Shown in pieces: positions 49,609 to 60,498 of a stretch of 64,000 bases of DNA. A program made the translations under genes and the position numbers. Numbering within the stretch: the stretch's first letter is position 1; every line of letters starts with the position of its first letter. The notes under the pieces were generated by a model. It saw only the letters and a list, made by a program, of their open reading frames with translations. It did no database searches and was not told the origin of the DNA. Origin of the DNA: a virus (lineage: Duplodnaviria > Caudoviricetes); IMG/VR virus record IMGVR_UViG_3300035502_000313, positions 1 through 64,000 of that record. One strand, written 5' to 3'.

Positions 49609-49984
49609 TATACTTATACTCCTTCTTTTTGTATTTCTTAACATAGTCTTCAAACAATGACAGATATCTTGTTTGTCGTTTACCCTTTACATTTACTAGG
49701 TTGTTACTATTCTTTATATAGAAATAAACGACATCTATATCATTGTTCTTATCCACTTTATATAGCAGTCTAACTTGGATTCTATTACTCTGTGATTTAT
49801 AGACATAAAAGTCATTATCCACAATATCATGAATAATAGTGCCATCACCAAATAAATTGGTGATGGCAATATTCTGTTCTTTATAATATGAATAACGATC
49901 TTCTAGTTTAGTAATACAATCATTGACTGCTTTTCGAGTACTAGGATTTAGTTTCCTATACTCTTTACATTCATCAATCATCAT
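49562..49984 (-). CDS. RelE/ParE-fold-like protein
   Basis: Helical N-terminus then FYVYK...QVRLLYKVD...VVYFYIK strand pattern; coupled to gyrA. Confidence 0.45.
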   Translation of the reverse strand: MMIDECKEYRKLNPSTRKAVNDCITKLEDRYSYYKEQNIAITNLFGDGTIIHDIVDNDFYVYKSQSNRIQVRLLYKVDKNNDIDVVYFYIKNSNNLVNVKGKRQTRYLSLFEDYVKKYKKKEYKYNERSNKNCSVLCKSR

Positions 49985-49985
49985 A

Positions 49986-52364
49986 TTAATTGCCTTTCTT
50001 GTATACTCTTACCACTTCTCCTCCCTTAATCATCTTAGTTCCAGTACTAATACTCGTTCCTGAAGGAATACTAGATACTGGTACTTCAATTATTTCTCCA
50101 GTAGGTGCAAGTGTCACGATAAGAGTGTCTGTCGGATTTACACCATAAATAGATGTAATATTGTCTGTCTTACCTAACTTGATTACATTGCTTCCAGCTT
50201 TACTACGTCCTTTCTGAACACAATCTGGAATAATCTTATTAATGTAACCATTCTTTGTAACAACGACAATGTCTTTGAATGATTTTGAGATTACTGACAT
50301 TCCTTCAACCTGAGTTGTCTTAGAAGACATTGAGATACATCCTCTAGAGTTTCTCTTAAGAATCGGAATATCATTAATATCAATACGTAATGCTTTCTTG
50401 TTTCCATATACAACAATCTCAGCATTATTGTTAAACAAAAGGATATCAATTATTCTATCATCACCATCAAGTTTACAGTATACAATACCGCTTGCAGGTA
50501 CAGATAGAAAATCGGTTGTAGTCATTCTCTTAACAAATCCATCCTTTGTAAGAGTTACAATAAATCCCTTGTTATATTGCTCCATAATTGGTTGATAAAT
50601 AACAGTAGTGATATTACTATTAATATACTTATTAATAAGTCTAATATCTATACCATTAGAGTTTTTATCAGCAAATGGAATCTTGTTAATTGGAATATCA
50701 AATACTTTACCAAACTCATCGAATAATAAAAGGTCTTTACTGTTATCACCATTAATAACAAACTTGACATTATCATTCTTAGGCTTAATGATATTATCAT
50801 CAATACCAATTTTCTTAATGAAGTTATTTTCTGTAAGAACAATCTTAAACATTCCAGCAGCAACTCCATTAACTTCTGATTCTGAAATCAGTTTACATTT
50901 TCTCGGTTCACCAAACTTAGCTTTAATATCTGTAAGTTCATCAATGATAATCTGTTCTATAGCACCATCTGTAAGAACAATATCACTACATTCTTTTACA
51001 TCTTTCTTAAGCTTTGCTTGTTCCTGTTTAAAGCCATTGTAATAACCCATTGATAACTTCTTCAATTCACAATTGATAAAGAACTTAGCTTGAATATCAG
51101 TAAGTTTACATTTCTTAATCAATGTTTCAATCAAAGCATTATCATCAATAGTCTTAGCCTTTTTGATGATATTAATAATATCTTCTGAGATACCTTTCTC
51201 CATAGCCATAACATACATCTCTACAACGTGTAGTCGAGTCATTAGCTTCTGAAGTCTATGCTCATAATATCTAAGCTTTGTCAACTTTCTAAAGTCAATC
51301 CATGCTTGTAGATATCCTCTATAAGATAATCTCTTTGCAGGATTATCTTTATCATTAATATCGAGTACTTTTAGATTTACTCTGGCTGTCTGCATCATAT
51401 TGGTATTTCTATATATCTCATTTCTGATATAGTTTGGATCTGTACCTGGCTTTAATACAATAACATATCTCATATTGTTAAGGTCAGACTGTTCCTCCAT
51501 ATCTACAATACCAATAATCTTGTTGGTTTTAATCATATCTTCGAGCTTATTGATAACAGTCTCAAGGAAAGTAAGATTAGGACAAGATTTAATTACAAGT
51601 GTCATACAATCTTTATACTTCTTCTCTACTCCCTTATAAGGTTCTATATCAATAACACCTCTTACCTTATAATTACCGAACCCTTTACTATTAATCTCAG
51701 ACCATTTAGTATCAACAATTTCACATGCTTGACAATGATCCGGAATTAATGTAAATCTAGCTTTAGGATTCTTTATAAGAGCTATTGTAACATCAATAAC
51801 TTCATTAATGTTATGACTAGGTACATCTACCTTATCACCAACACTAATACCTGTACACCCATTAATTAAAAGAAGTGGTACTTTACAAGGTAGAAAACTT
51901 GGTTCTTTTCTTGAGTTATCGTAATTAGGTTCCCAATCGACAATCTCTTTAGAAGATACCAGCTCATCGATGATACATTCTTGAGCAAATTTACTGAGTC
52001 TAACTTCAGTATATCTTGCTGCTGCAGGTACATTCTGATAAGTATTACCAAAATTTCCCTGCCCTTTAAACAATGGTACCTTTGTCTGATACCAGTTTAC
52101 TAATGTGTACAATGCACCTTGGATACTAGAATCACCATGAGGATGATAATGACCCATTGTGCTACCAATAATATCTGCTGATTTCCTATTTCTATCATCA
52201 GCCTTAGATATGAATTTAGCAGTATAAAGAATTCTTCTCTGTACTGGTTTCAATCCATCTCTAAATTCAGGTGTTGTTCTATGTCTTTCAACATACAACG
52301 CATATTCTTTGTAATCTTTCACGTACTGTTCGGATGCCTTTACAGACACTATGTTTTCTGGCAT
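49986..52364 (-). CDS. gyrA: DNA gyrase/type IIA topoisomerase subunit A
   Basis: RDGLKPVQRRILY, YHPHGDSSI, GQGNFG, AAARYTE catalytic Tyr, C-terminal beta-pinwheel repeats. Confidence 0.93.
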   Translation of the reverse strand: MPENIVSVKASEQYVKDYKEYALYVERHRTTPEFRDGLKPVQRRILYTAKFISKADDRNRKSADIIGSTMGHYHPHGDSSIQGALYTLVNWYQTKVPLFKGQGNFGNTYQNVPAAARYTEVRLSKFAQECIIDELVSSKEIVDWEPNYDNSRKEPSFLPCKVPLLLINGCTGISVGDKVDVPSHNINEVIDVTIALIKNPKARFTLIPDHCQACEIVDTKWSEINSKGFGNYKVRGVIDIEPYKGVEKKYKDCMTLVIKSCPNLTFLETVINKLEDMIKTNKIIGIVDMEEQSDLNNMRYVIVLKPGTDPNYIRNEIYRNTNMMQTARVNLKVLDINDKDNPAKRLSYRGYLQAWIDFRKLTKLRYYEHRLQKLMTRLHVVEMYVMAMEKGISEDIINIIKKAKTIDDNALIETLIKKCKLTDIQAKFFINCELKKLSMGYYNGFKQEQAKLKKDVKECSDIVLTDGAIEQIIIDELTDIKAKFGEPRKCKLISESEVNGVAAGMFKIVLTENNFIKKIGIDDNIIKPKNDNVKFVINGDNSKDLLLFDEFGKVFDIPINKIPFADKNSNGIDIRLINKYINSNITTVIYQPIMEQYNKGFIVTLTKDGFVKRMTTTDFLSVPASGIVYCKLDGDDRIIDILLFNNNAEIVVYGNKKALRIDINDIPILKRNSRGCISMSSKTTQVEGMSVISKSFKDIVVVTKNGYINKIIPDCVQKGRSKAGSNVIKLGKTDNITSIYGVNPTDTLIVTLAPTGEIIEVPVSSIPSGTSISTGTKMIKGGEVVRVYKKGN

Positions 52365-52496
52365 AATAATACCTCCAAAATTTTATTTTACTAAGCTGTT
52401 AGTATAACTGCTTATTCTTAATAATAATATATAGACATATCAAAATTTCCTCTCTACGAGACTTAGCCCGTAGAGAGGTAAACATGATTATCGATC

Positions 52497-53009
52497 TTAT
52501 TCAGTAACTTCGACTTCTTCAGTAGCTGCCTCTGTTTCTTCTTCTGCCTTATCAAGCATAGCCTTCTCAACATCATCATAGTTGTTCTGAACTGACTTAC
52601 CCTTAACAATGCAGAATGAAGAAATATATGTAATTTCTCCAGACTCATAGTCCTTCTTACAACGAATGCTCATAACATGTCCATCAGTGAACTTGCTAGC
52701 AAGAGATTCCTGAACAGATACTGTAAAAGTATTATCGTTATTGAACTTGTCAATAGAACCAAATACAGCTGTACCCTTAAGCTGACTGTTATCAAACAGT
52801 TCTGACTTTAGCATGTATACAGGAACTGAAACCTTATCAAAGGAAATTGAACAAAGAAGATTATAAAGGGAATCAAGACCTGATGCATAAAAATCAGAAT
52901 CTGCAATGCTAACCTTAATCTTTGTGTACTTAGGCTTAACAGGCTTTCTGTTATTCTTGTTGAACTTTGTCTTAGAACCGTCGTTACTCTTGTTATTGAA
53001 CTTACTCAT
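52497..53009 (-). CDS. Hypothetical protein (basic N-terminus, acidic tail)
   Basis: 170 aa; AAGGAG RBS; late promoter 53072-53084. Confidence 0.6.
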   Translation of the reverse strand: MSKFNNKSNDGSKTKFNKNNRKPVKPKYTKIKVSIADSDFYASGLDSLYNLLCSISFDKVSVPVYMLKSELFDNSQLKGTAVFGSIDKFNNDNTFTVSVQESLASKFTDGHVMSIRCKKDYESGEITYISSFCIVKGKSVQNNYDDVEKAMLDKAEEETEAATEEVEVTE

Positions 53010-53144
53010 GATATTACTCCTTTAAATATAAAAATATTAGATTTATTGGACTGTTCAGATTCCATAAACCTTTACATATAAGTTAGCCTTGTTGTAAAAA
53101 ATAACGGGTTGTCAAGCAACCCGTTGCGATGTTTAATTCCTATG

Positions 53145-55442
53145 TTAATCCTTGAGAAGAAGATCTTTATTAGAATTGATATATCTCATCTCATCAAGTT
53201 CTCTATCAATAGATTCGATATCGTATCTAACAAGTGTTCTATCTCCATCGGGTCTTAACGTAGACAAGCCAAGCATATCAGGATTCATTTCACCAAGACC
53301 TTTAAATCTGGTAAGCTTTGGTGGTTTGAATTCTTCGAAAGTATTCATAATAGTATATAGAGATACTAGTACATCATTTAGATAATACTCATGTTTAGAA
53401 GCATCGATATACTTCATTACACCAGCACATTCTGATATAAGCATACTATTTATAAATGCTTTATGATATTTCTCATTTGCAATACCATCAAGAATGATTG
53501 TATCTGCAGACTTATCTATCTTAAGGAATCTATATTTCTTTTGAAGTGTTGTTTTAAACTTAGCAAACGGAAGTTTTCTATTCACCAAGATATCTTCAAG
53601 TAGATATGGATCAATTGCATGATTTGCTGATATCTTCTGAATCTCAGTTACATAATCACTATTATTATATAACAACTTTGTAACTTCACTTGTTGTAAGT
53701 TTTGTTCCCTTATCAGATTTGATTACAAAGTTCTTACAGAATTCTTTCTGTACATACTTAATGAAATCCAGATTAGTTCCAAAGTATTTATATCCCTTTC
53801 CTTGTGGAATAGCATACAATGGTGGTAATGCTGCATACAATCTACCAGCTTCTACCAATGGAGCACAATACATCATAAAGAATCTCAACCAAAGAGTTCT
53901 GATATGAGCACCATCAGGATCTGCATCTGCCATGATAATTACTTTATCTACTTTACATTTAGCAAGATTGAAGCTTTTACCATAACCGGCATCCATAATA
54001 TGAAGAACACCTGATAGTTCTTCATTCTTTAAAACTTCCGCTTTTGACTTCTCGAATACATTTGGAATCTTACCTCTCGATGGGAAAATACCCTGATGTG
54101 ATTGATCCCTAACGTTTCTAGCAGCACCGAAAGCAGAGTCACCCTCAACAATTATGAGTTCGGTTCCGTGTCGACTATTTGGCTTCAAATACTTCTGAGG
54201 AAGCCCAGATAACGACGACGCTTCGAACATCGCAGACAGTTTAACTTTGTCTTTATCTTGTTTACATCTCAATTCTATTACTTCTTTAAAATACTTACAC
54301 AGTTTTTGAAGTTCTGCAGAATGAGTTTTAGACCATTCAGTTAAACCAGCAATAATTGTCTGAGAGACAAATGGTTTCATATCATCATTTGATAATATCT
54401 CTTTTGCTTGTCCATTATATAATGCTGTAAGATGGAATGTGTTTACTGCAAGTTTCAATCCTTGACGAATATCATTACTTGTACAAGTAAGCTTTGTCTT
54501 TGACTTAGAATTAGAAAGATATATCTTATTCATATAGTCTCTGAAATACTTAGTAATTCCATCTATAGCACCATCAACATGCTTACCACCATCGGTAGGA
54601 CAAGTATTATTAAGAGAGATAATTTGCTCGTCAGACCCAGTATCATAAGTAAATGCTACTTCCATCTTACGAGTACCATCATCATTTGTGATTACTATAG
54701 GTTCGATGAATGGTGTCTGAGTCATATTGATAAGATGAGCAATAATACCATCCCTATTATCAATAGATTCAATATGCTGTTTACCACCAGCATCAATACC
54801 AGTAAATTCTACATGAGTTCCAATAGGTGTAGATGGAACAATCAATGCTATTAAATCATATACATCTTTCCATGTTGATGTTACTGGACCTATTACAGTT
54901 TCATTAGGAATAAATGAAATAACTGTACCTTGTTTATCACCACACTTAATATCTACTTCACCTTTCTTCCAAAGATGACCTTCGATAAACTCAGCATGTT
55001 TAGCTTTTCCTAATACATAACTATCTACAGTAAATTTACTTGATAGTGCATTAGTAGTAGAACCACCACAACCATTCTTACCAGCAGAATACTTATAAGG
55101 TTCTTTAACATAGTTTGAAGAAGTATGACTAGTACCAAATATAATACCAATCTTACCGTGTGGAATACCTCTTCCGTTATCACTAACGATTACTTGATGA
55201 GTTCTTTCATCATATGTGATATATACATCCGGTGAAAATGCATTACCTTTTAAAATCTCATCAATTGAGTTCTGAAAAATTTCTCTAACCATTGTCAAGA
55301 AGGCAGCATTTTCATATACTTTACCGATATAAACGTCTGGTGTCTGACGTACTTGCTCTACAAAATCTGAGATTTGTTTTATTTCATCACCATAGTTTTT
55401 AACTCTATCCTCTAATGTAGAAGATGAATTAGTTTTCTTCAT
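53145..55442 (-). CDS. gyrB: DNA gyrase/type IIA topoisomerase subunit B
   Basis: EIFQNSIDE, DNGRGIP, GKNGCG, VEGDSA, PSRGK, DADPDGAHI, RFKGLGEMN. Confidence 0.93.
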   Translation of the reverse strand: MKKTNSSSTLEDRVKNYGDEIKQISDFVEQVRQTPDVYIGKVYENAAFLTMVREIFQNSIDEILKGNAFSPDVYITYDERTHQVIVSDNGRGIPHGKIGIIFGTSHTSSNYVKEPYKYSAGKNGCGGSTTNALSSKFTVDSYVLGKAKHAEFIEGHLWKKGEVDIKCGDKQGTVISFIPNETVIGPVTSTWKDVYDLIALIVPSTPIGTHVEFTGIDAGGKQHIESIDNRDGIIAHLINMTQTPFIEPIVITNDDGTRKMEVAFTYDTGSDEQIISLNNTCPTDGGKHVDGAIDGITKYFRDYMNKIYLSNSKSKTKLTCTSNDIRQGLKLAVNTFHLTALYNGQAKEILSNDDMKPFVSQTIIAGLTEWSKTHSAELQKLCKYFKEVIELRCKQDKDKVKLSAMFEASSLSGLPQKYLKPNSRHGTELIIVEGDSAFGAARNVRDQSHQGIFPSRGKIPNVFEKSKAEVLKNEELSGVLHIMDAGYGKSFNLAKCKVDKVIIMADADPDGAHIRTLWLRFFMMYCAPLVEAGRLYAALPPLYAIPQGKGYKYFGTNLDFIKYVQKEFCKNFVIKSDKGTKLTTSEVTKLLYNNSDYVTEIQKISANHAIDPYLLEDILVNRKLPFAKFKTTLQKKYRFLKIDKSADTIILDGIANEKYHKAFINSMLISECAGVMKYIDASKHEYYLNDVLVSLYTIMNTFEEFKPPKLTRFKGLGEMNPDMLGLSTLRPDGDRTLVRYDIESIDRELDEMRYINSNKDLLLKD

Positions 55443-55561
55443 TGTTATTTTACCTCCTTGTATTTGCAAAAAAGAGATATTCTTTTGAATACCTCTTTTC
55501 GTAAATAATGTACACTCTACAAAAGTAGAGTGTACACATTTACTTTTAACTTCTTATGTCA

Positions 55562-56554
55562 TTAGATTGTTACTGTTCCACTAGTAGGTGTTGTAGCAGT
55601 AGGTGCTGCACCACCCATAGCAGGGTTAGGAGTACCCTGAGTAACAGCAGTTCCAGGGAACGGAATACTGTTAAGGTTCGGAGTATTACCTGTAGGAGCT
55701 GCCTGAGGTGCACCACCCTGGGTAAACGGATTTGTGTTAACTCCATTACCCATCATAGTACCACCCATTGGAGTAACAGGGTTGCCATATACACCACCAG
55801 GTGTACCAAAAGCATTACCCATGTTATTAGCAGCCTGAACCATCTGCTGCTGTGCCTGCTGAGCACCCATAGCTGCAGCCTGCTGAAGCATCTGCTGCAT
55901 CTGAGGGTTAACAGCGTTCATACCATTGTTATACATAGCTCCCATGCCGTTTTCATTTACGACATAGTTCGGTACAGCACCAATGGCACCATTGAACATG
56001 TTATTACCCCAAGTGCCATTGTATCCCTGCTGTGCCATCATATTCTGCATCTGGTTGCAGAGATTGCTATAGTTTTTCTGTCCGTTTGCATATGCAACAG
56101 GTAAGAGCTTCTTTACGATACCCCATGCCTGAAGCAGCTGCTTTAACACATCGCCAGGATCTGTGGTGTCCATGACAGCACAGGTCTTAACAAAATTGTC
56201 TGTGCCATCAAGATATGCATTCAGAACTTCTACCGGCTGAACGATAATGTTAAATTCTTCACCGGTATATTTTATTCTTACACGCTCCGTTGTAGGATCT
56301 ACAATCTCGATTGCGAGGTTCTGACCCTCACGAAGATCCCATCCGAACTTGGCTAATTCTTCATCTGATACACAGAAATCGTTCTTTTTCTGTGACTTGA
56401 TGATTGCCATTTCTTCTGGTGTAGATGTGGAAGTTTTTGCTGGAGCTACATTGTTATATGAAACTCCATTATTCTGTGGGAACATTCCTGTTGTTCCTCC
56501 CATGAAAGAATTGTTTGCAGGATTTCCCTGCTGCTGAAAAATAGTATTAAACAT
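55562..56554 (-). CDS. Early protein with Q/N/G/M-rich prion-like low-complexity regions
   Basis: Composition seen directly; GAGGAGG RBS; early promoter ~56612-56625. Confidence 0.8.
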   Translation of the reverse strand: MFNTIFQQQGNPANNSFMGGTTGMFPQNNGVSYNNVAPAKTSTSTPEEMAIIKSQKKNDFCVSDEELAKFGWDLREGQNLAIEIVDPTTERVRIKYTGEEFNIIVQPVEVLNAYLDGTDNFVKTCAVMDTTDPGDVLKQLLQAWGIVKKLLPVAYANGQKNYSNLCNQMQNMMAQQGYNGTWGNNMFNGAIGAVPNYVVNENGMGAMYNNGMNAVNPQMQQMLQQAAAMGAQQAQQQMVQAANNMGNAFGTPGGVYGNPVTPMGGTMMGNGVNTNPFTQGGAPQAAPTGNTPNLNSIPFPGTAVTQGTPNPAMGGAAPTATTPTSGTVTI

Positions 56555-56660
56555 ACATTTTCCTCCTCTTTAAAATTTATTTATTCGATAGAGATTTTAC
56601 TCTCTAATCATCTTAATGATATACAACCATTTACTTTTTTGTTATAGTAGTTGTAAATGA

Positions 56661-57140
56661 TTATAAAAACTTAGTGGCATTTTTATCAACGATTTCGTCA
56701 TCGGCGGTAATACCACGTTTGTCTGTTGTAGGACTAGTCTGACCCATGAAATAAGTTCTATCATCAAATAGGTCAGTCATGTCTTTGAAATAACGTTTTC
56801 TTGTTTCTTCATTAGTCAGTCCCTTAGATACCTTATCCTTGAAGAATTCATCAAGACAATATCTATCAACTGCACAGCCAATAAACGTTATATCTTCATA
56901 TGCGATTGTTATAATACTCATAGGATATAATCTTGAATCTAGTGTTTGAGTATGCACTGTATTCGGCATTACGATGTACAAAACCTCATTACCATCATCC
57001 CATAAGAAGCAACAATCAGCTTCGCTCCAACTATAATTAGTTGTAGGACCCATAACCCTCAAAGGAAGTGATACACCACGTTCTTTTCCTGGAAGGTTAT
57101 GGAGTTCCTTTCTAATTTTTATAACAGTATCTTTTGTCAT
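56661..57140 (-). CDS. Hypothetical protein
   Basis: 159 aa; AGGAGG RBS; late promoter 57162-57174. Confidence 0.65.
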   Translation of the reverse strand: MTKDTVIKIRKELHNLPGKERGVSLPLRVMGPTTNYSWSEADCCFLWDDGNEVLYIVMPNTVHTQTLDSRLYPMSIITIAYEDITFIGCAVDRYCLDEFFKDKVSKGLTNEETRKRYFKDMTDLFDDRTYFMGQTSPTTDKRGITADDEIVDKNATKFL

Positions 57141-57188
57141 AAAATCAACCTCCTTTTTAATTTATAAGAAAGTTGAGTTATTTATGAT

Positions 57189-57731
57189 TTAGATAAATCT
57201 GCTATTAGGGTTACCCCATCTATTGTTGGATTTATACACTAATCTACAGAGATTATCCATAAATGTGAAATCACTGAAGTTAGAGTTTATAAATCCTGTC
57301 AAGAGACTATATGCATTATAATAATAAGCATAAGTTTCATCAATGAAATGCATCGCAGGAATATTATTAAGCTCTTCCTGAATCTTTGCAATTTCAGTCT
57401 GACGATACTGTTCTGCAATTGAATTTACAGAATTCAGTCTCTGTTCTTTCCACTGTTGTACAATAGTATACAGTGGCAAGATATTTGTGATTTTAGTACC
57501 ATAGTAATTGTACAAAGCTGTTACAATTGAATAACTACAAAGGTCTCTAAAATCTGCGTTTGTCTGGATATCAGTAGCACCGATATTACCAAAGTAAAGG
57601 TCTTTTACAACCCTTTCGATATCCTTATTCAAGACATCTGGATGAATTCTTGCTGTCCAATCTGGACCGAGAGATTGTCTCTGGGTTGAGATCCATGACT
57701 TTCTCTCTTTGAATTGATTGTTTCCTGCCAT
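57189..57731 (-). CDS. Hypothetical protein
   Basis: 180 aa; GAGGAG RBS. Confidence 0.65.
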   Translation of the reverse strand: MAGNNQFKERKSWISTQRQSLGPDWTARIHPDVLNKDIERVVKDLYFGNIGATDIQTNADFRDLCSYSIVTALYNYYGTKITNILPLYTIVQQWKEQRLNSVNSIAEQYRQTEIAKIQEELNNIPAMHFIDETYAYYYNAYSLLTGFINSNFSDFTFMDNLCRLVYKSNNRWGNPNSRFI

Positions 57732-57732
57732 T

Positions 57733-58233
57733 TTAGTCTATCTCCTCTCTGAGTAATGTACCACAATAATTTCCGTTGCCTGTAGTAGTTACATTACTTT
57801 TAATTTCTTCTTCATCATTGAATCCTTTAAGATACTGATTAAGAATACTTTCATCAATTGCTTCATCAGGATATGCTTTATTGCATAATACGATGAATCT
57901 ATAAAGGGATACTGCACTCGATGCATCAACCCCTTCAACCATAACTAATGAATTTCTAATGTCAACTGCAAGTTCTGCATCTTCATTAAGATATTCTTTG
58001 ATTCTGGCAAAGCAATTATATCTTCCTGATACAATTATAGCTTCACCAGAGATTTCTACATCATCTTCAGCAAGCTGACTTAAAAGAATTCTTAAGTAGC
58101 TTCTGAAGATTACACAATAAGTTTTTTCTTCCGGATGCTTTTCTCCGGACTTGAGAACACCTTTGTTTTTAATGATGTTCATTTTCTGTTCTTCGGTCAA
58201 GTTATCTGCGACCTGTGTGAATAATTCTGACAT
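57733..58233 (-). CDS. Hypothetical early protein
   Basis: 166 aa; AGGAGG RBS; early promoter ~58285-58298. Confidence 0.65.
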   Translation of the reverse strand: MSELFTQVADNLTEEQKMNIIKNKGVLKSGEKHPEEKTYCVIFRSYLRILLSQLAEDDVEISGEAIIVSGRYNCFARIKEYLNEDAELAVDIRNSLVMVEGVDASSAVSLYRFIVLCNKAYPDEAIDESILNQYLKGFNDEEEIKSNVTTTGNGNYCGTLLREEID

Positions 58234-58310
58234 AGAATTACCTCCTATAAATTATTTTATTCTGATTACTCGTTTGTAATCATCATAATAATATATACCT
58301 AATCACTCTT

Positions 58311-59525
58311 TTACCAATATTTCTTAGGTCTTTTCTTAACGTATATACAATGCTGTCTAAATCTTGTAATTCCAACGTAGTGTAAGTTACGATTTATATT
58401 ACGATTCAGGAATTCTTCAAAGTATATACCTTTATTAAACTCAGAACCTTGACTCATATGTGTTGTAATAGCATATCCGTATTCAAACTTATTGCCTTTA
58501 GAATTATGTGTTTCTAGTATTGCATCTCTTACTTTCTTCTCCGATACCATATAATAGTAATCTACATCAATATCTTGGAAAAAAGAATCTGTTATGTCTG
58601 GTTTGAAACACATCTTAAAAGTCTTGTCTTCTGTATTAAAAGAAGTAGGATCAATTATTGATACACAACTTCCTACAAGACCATTAGTAAGATTAATACC
58701 ACCAGATTCTACATTCCAATTATTCTTTCTACAAACGACACGTTCTCCTAAATTTGGAGTAGCATTCTTAAATCCAAACATGTCTCTTCTAACATGATTA
58801 TTTATAGTGTCTCTTGTAGCATTTTTACCACAGATAACTATATCAGAGTTGGCTATCATATTATCAGTTAATTCATCCTCATATATTACTGAAACATTCT
58901 TAAAGCTTCCATGAGGTATAGGAACTCCCTTAATAAGCATCTGAGAGAATTGAATTATTGTATTATCTCCTGCTTGTCTCATTATCTCTGTAAGCTTATG
59001 AACTTTAGCAGGATTATTAAGATAACCTGATTTTCCTGCAACCGGTGGTAACTGGTCTATATCACCTGCTGCTATAACAGGTATTCCCATACTATCTATA
59101 ACCTCACGCATTTGTTGAGGAACCATACCTGCTTCATCTACTATTATAAGATCTATATCAGGAAGATATGTTTTAGGAATAAATATCATTCTATACTTAG
59201 GTTTATTGAATACTTTATCGTATACTTGCTCACCTTTCTCATTAAGCAATGGTACTTCTTTAAAGTCATATAACCAAGAAAAAATAGTGCGAGCAGTAAG
59301 CATTCCTTTTGTTCTCATATTAATAGCAGCGGAGCCTGTATAAGCCATCGGAGCTATTCTTGTAGGACTGATATTTAATGCACGTACTATCTTATCAATT
59401 AAAAAAGATTTACCAGATCCAGGAGGACCGGAAATCTCAAAAGTTTGTTCGGTACCACGACGCCACCATGTGATGGCGTCATTAAATACCTGCTGTTGTG
59501 AATTATTTAGAGATACGTTTTCCAT
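58311..59525 (-). CDS. Dda/RecD2-like SF1B DNA helicase
   Basis: SGPPGSGKS, AYTGSAA, VDEAGMV, GDIDQLPPV, LTEIMRQ, YAITTHMSQGSEF, YVGITR. Confidence 0.9.
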   Translation of the reverse strand: MENVSLNNSQQQVFNDAITWWRRGTEQTFEISGPPGSGKSFLIDKIVRALNISPTRIAPMAYTGSAAINMRTKGMLTARTIFSWLYDFKEVPLLNEKGEQVYDKVFNKPKYRMIFIPKTYLPDIDLIIVDEAGMVPQQMREVIDSMGIPVIAAGDIDQLPPVAGKSGYLNNPAKVHKLTEIMRQAGDNTIIQFSQMLIKGVPIPHGSFKNVSVIYEDELTDNMIANSDIVICGKNATRDTINNHVRRDMFGFKNATPNLGERVVCRKNNWNVESGGINLTNGLVGSCVSIIDPTSFNTEDKTFKMCFKPDITDSFFQDIDVDYYYMVSEKKVRDAILETHNSKGNKFEYGYAITTHMSQGSEFNKGIYFEEFLNRNINRNLHYVGITRFRQHCIYVKKRPKKYW

Positions 59526-60048
59526 TTTTCTTAGCCTCTTCTTTCTCCTTTTGCTGAATCAATCGTTCTATATTAATCTGTGTATCAATATTTCTAAATA
59601 CACTAGGATCGATAGTATTCATATTCTCCATATTATAGATAAGATTAATCCAACAAACAGATTCGTTTGTAAATGGTTGGGATATAAAATCCCCTGCATT
59701 CGTTCTGCACATAGCGTACAAATAATCTTGATTATTTAAGTACTTTGAAATGAAGAACGACACTATCTCGAAATAGGGGTTCTCTATCTGTCTAATAACA
59801 GCATAACGGTTAAACAGATAATAAGCAATTTTTCTATTTGAAAACGGCTCGTAGTTAATAGAGTATCTATCCGGTACTCCATTCATATTAATTTTAGGAT
59901 AATTGATAGACTTGTTATCGATATGAATCGGCATACCATTCTCTACGAATATACCGTTGCTTATATCGATTTCAAGCATACAGATCAAATCATACTCAAT
60001 CTGATCCATAATATTTTTGATTTCATTTACATCATATCCAATGTCCAT
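59503..60048 (-). CDS. Hypothetical protein
   Basis: 181 aa; AAGGAG RBS. Confidence 0.6.
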   Translation of the reverse strand: MDIGYDVNEIKNIMDQIEYDLICMLEIDISNGIFVENGMPIHIDNKSINYPKINMNGVPDRYSINYEPFSNRKIAYYLFNRYAVIRQIENPYFEIVSFFISKYLNNQDYLYAMCRTNAGDFISQPFTNESVCWINLIYNMENMNTIDPSVFRNIDTQINIERLIQQKEKEEAKKNGKRISK

Positions 60049-60135
60049 TTTTAAAATCTCCTTTAAATTAGAATTTACGTTAGAGCTTACTCATCTCAAC
60101 ACTTTTATAATATATAAATCGAGGGAGGTTTGCAT

Positions 60136-60498
60136 ATGAAAGATTACTCTAACTATAATTTTGTTCATGAGGCTATATTGTATGAGACTGTGAATAAATA
60201 CGAAGAACAGGGTATCAAACATCCTTTCTATATTAAAGCATTAGTACCATTAGAGACAGAATCAGGAAGAACAATAAATATAGATAAATCTAATATCTAT
60301 AACAAAGATCTAAGCTGGTTATCTACATATACTATGACTAGTGAAATAACGATAGACCTATATCTGCCTAAATATCTTATGATGGACTATCCTAGTAAAT
60401 ATATACCGAAAGGAACTAAATTCCTTGTTGCTTTTGTTGGAGGAAACTTAAATAACTGTCAAATCATAGGGAGGTGTTACGATGAGTACGAAGACTAA
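60136..60498 (+). CDS. Putative baseplate/spike OB-fold protein
   Basis: IPKGTKFLVAFVGGNLNNCQIIGR resembles gp5/gpV OB-fold end; late promoter 60098. Confidence 0.45.
   Translation: MKDYSNYNFVHEAILYETVNKYEEQGIKHPFYIKALVPLETESGRTINIDKSNIYNKDLSWLSTYTMTSEITIDLYLPKYLMMDYPSKYIPKGTKFLVAFVGGNLNNCQIIGRCYDEYED

Noticed and set aside
55556-56104. 182-aa plus-strand ORF
   Set aside because: Antisense shadow of the low-complexity gene; no RBS; Ser/His/Cys composition is the mirror of its codons
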